Source: Solirubrobacterales bacterium (lineage in GTDB: Bacteria; Actinomycetota; Thermoleophilia; Solirubrobacterales; Solirubrobacteraceae). Taken from it: a stretch of 35,571 bases of DNA. Location: contig JBBSQG010000001.1 in NCBI GenBank assembly GCA_038258125.1, positions 1 to 35,571 on the forward strand, written 5' to 3'. The notes beneath the pieces are model-generated. The model did no database searches. It saw nothing but the letters and a program-made list of their open reading frames with translations, and had not been told where the DNA came from. Positions 34,559 through 35,571 of this stretch are shown here, in pieces (positions within the stretch are counted from its first letter, which is position 1; every line of letters begins with the position of its first letter). Position numbers and translations under genes: made by a program.

Positions 34559-35043
34559 CCCGCCGCCTGCATGCACTGCGGCCGGCCGACGTCGACGAGC
34601 GCGGTCACGAGCTCGTCTCGTTCTGCGGGCATTGCTGCCAGCGTCCTGAGCGCGCCGCGGCGCCGCAGCCCTCGCGGGTGTGCGGCCACTGCGGGCTCGG
34701 GCTGATCCTGCAGGCCGACATCGACCTCGCGCCGCGCGCCGACGAGGCGTTCCTCGTGGTCGACAACACCCTTTCGGTCTGCGCGCTGTCGGCGACCGCC
34801 GAGCAGCTGTTCGGCGTCGACGAGACGGACGCGGTCAACAAGCACATCGCCGAGTTCCTCGTCCCGGCCGACGCCAACGCGCCCAGCGCGGACAACCTGC
34901 TCGCCCTGCTCGTCGACGTCGCGAGCGGCTCCAGCGAGCCCTGCGTCACCGTGGTGCGGCCGCGGCAGGAGTTCGGCGTGCGCTTCTGGGCGCGGATCGG
35001 TCCGTGTGGATCGCCGCGCGCCGCGCTGCTCGTCCTGTCCTGA
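34555..35043 (+). CDS. Zn-ribbon (CxxC...CxxC) plus PAS-like domain protein, translationally coupled to the LitR-like gene
   Basis: The GTG at 34555 overlaps the regulator's TGA (GTGA). High GC3 throughout. FCGHCC-x16-CGHCG is followed by FLVVDNTLSVCALSATAEQLFGVDETDAVNKHIAEFL...VTVVRPRQEFGVRFWARIGP, a PAS-like beta-sheet pattern. It is hidden in the track inside the composite ORF 33718..35043. Confidence 0.7.
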   Translation: MTRRLHALRPADVDERGHELVSFCGHCCQRPERAAAPQPSRVCGHCGLGLILQADIDLAPRADEAFLVVDNTLSVCALSATAEQLFGVDETDAVNKHIAEFLVPADANAPSADNLLALLVDVASGSSEPCVTVVRPRQEFGVRFWARIGPCGSPRAALLVLS

Positions 35044-35107
35044 GGACTTCGGGGCCGATGTTCCGTAACCTTTGGACATCGATCCCGGTTCGTCTCGACC
35101 ACGGGGC

Positions 35108-35563
35108 GTGCGACGGACCTCGAGCGAGAACCCATTGAGCGTCTTACGCACCCACGCCGCCGCGGCCATGTTGGGCGTCAGCCCGAACACGTTGCGGTCC
35201 TGGGAACGCCGGTTCGGATATCCAACCCCGCGCCGCACGGCCGGCGGCCATCGCCAGTTCGACCTGGCCGAGATCGAGGCACTGCGCCAGGCCTTCGAGG
35301 AGACCCACAACGTCTCGTCGGCGATATCGATCGCCCGCGAGCGCGGCAGCGGCCCGTCATCGCCGACGCGGTTGCGGTCGGCGCTGCGCCGCTTCGAAGA
35401 GCTGGAGGCCGATCGCATCCTGGAGGAGAGCCTCGCCGTGGGGGGGGGGGGGGGCGCCGGGGGGGGGGGGGGGGGGGGGCGGGTGAGCGGCGGCGGCAGC
35501 GGCGAGGCGGCGGCGGCGGCGCGCGGGTCGAGCGCGACGCACCCGTCGGCCGAACCGCGCTAG
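35108..35563 (+). CDS. Second CarH/LitR-type MerR regulator (paralogue of 33653..34558); its 3' part is corrupted by poly-G and low-complexity sequence
   Basis: LRTHAAAAMLGVSPNTLRSWERRFGYPTPRRTAGGHRQFDLAEIEAL...LRRFEELEADRILEESLAV parallels the first regulator up to 35440. The reading then becomes GGGGGAGGGGGGG... The start is ambiguous (TTG 35072, GTG 35108, TTG 35135). Confidence 0.55.
   Translation: MRRTSSENPLSVLRTHAAAAMLGVSPNTLRSWERRFGYPTPRRTAGGHRQFDLAEIEALRQAFEETHNVSSAISIARERGSGPSSPTRLRSALRRFEELEADRILEESLAVGGGGGAGGGGGGGRVSGGGSGEAAAAARGSSATHPSAEPR
35440..35479. repeat. Two long G homopolymers (15 G at 35440-35454; 21 G at 35459-35479), followed by (GGC)n-like low complexity
   Basis: Counted directly from the sequence. 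They lie about 100 nt from the window end. Confidence 0.95.
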
Positions 35564-35571
35564 CCGTATCC

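Noticed and set aside
35440-35479. Poly-G tracts as a genuine phase-variation switch or G-quadruplex regulatory element
   Set aside because: Their position at the end of the window, the abrupt loss of paralogue-like protein sequence at the first G run, and the following GGC low complexity all favour an artefact. I kept it as a finding only as a data-quality warning.

Overview
By eye this is a very GC-rich, gene-dense 35.6-kb window with a strong G/C preference at codon position 3. That fits the core chromosome of a high-GC Actinomycetota-type bacterium. I support about 35 protein-coding features. Most are housekeeping or envelope functions: rarA, a single-TM ftsH paralogue, mce, a lipid kinase-cls / PAP2 lipid cluster, ychF, fumC, lepB, gabD, two GH2 glycosidases, SpoIID and LysM wall proteins, and an HD-GYP phosphodiesterase. 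I found no rRNA, tRNA, CRISPR array, transposase or integrase. Many long ORFs in the supplied track are shadow ORFs, either antisense or in an alternative frame. They are Arg/Pro/Ala-rich, have low GC3, and lie over CDSs with clear family motifs; I did not call them. Several real CDSs also start downstream of the track start. The best candidate for something undescribed is at 33.1-35.6 kb. Two tandem paralogous 29-codon single-TM micropeptide genes sit there, too short for the ORF track. They have a strong SD and a substitution pattern that preserves the peptide. They lie upstream of the membrane HD-GYP gene and divergent from a module of two CarH/LitR-like MerR regulators flanking a Zn-ribbon-PAS protein. 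Other points worth a second look:
- a perfect CRP-type TGTGA-N6-TCACA site upstream of a 1234-aa BNR/PKD secreted protein
- a 15-bp inverted-repeat pair and a 13-bp palindrome upstream of mce
- an in-frame TAA splitting a 5'-3' exonuclease gene
- an ALDH and an alpha/beta hydrolase that both read Gly where the catalytic nucleophile is expected
- a cytochrome c lipoprotein fused to a Cys-rich repeat domain
- 15-nt and 21-nt poly-G runs near the window end, which look like an assembly or sequencing artefact and truncate the last gene
All family calls come from motif recognition by eye. No database search was run.
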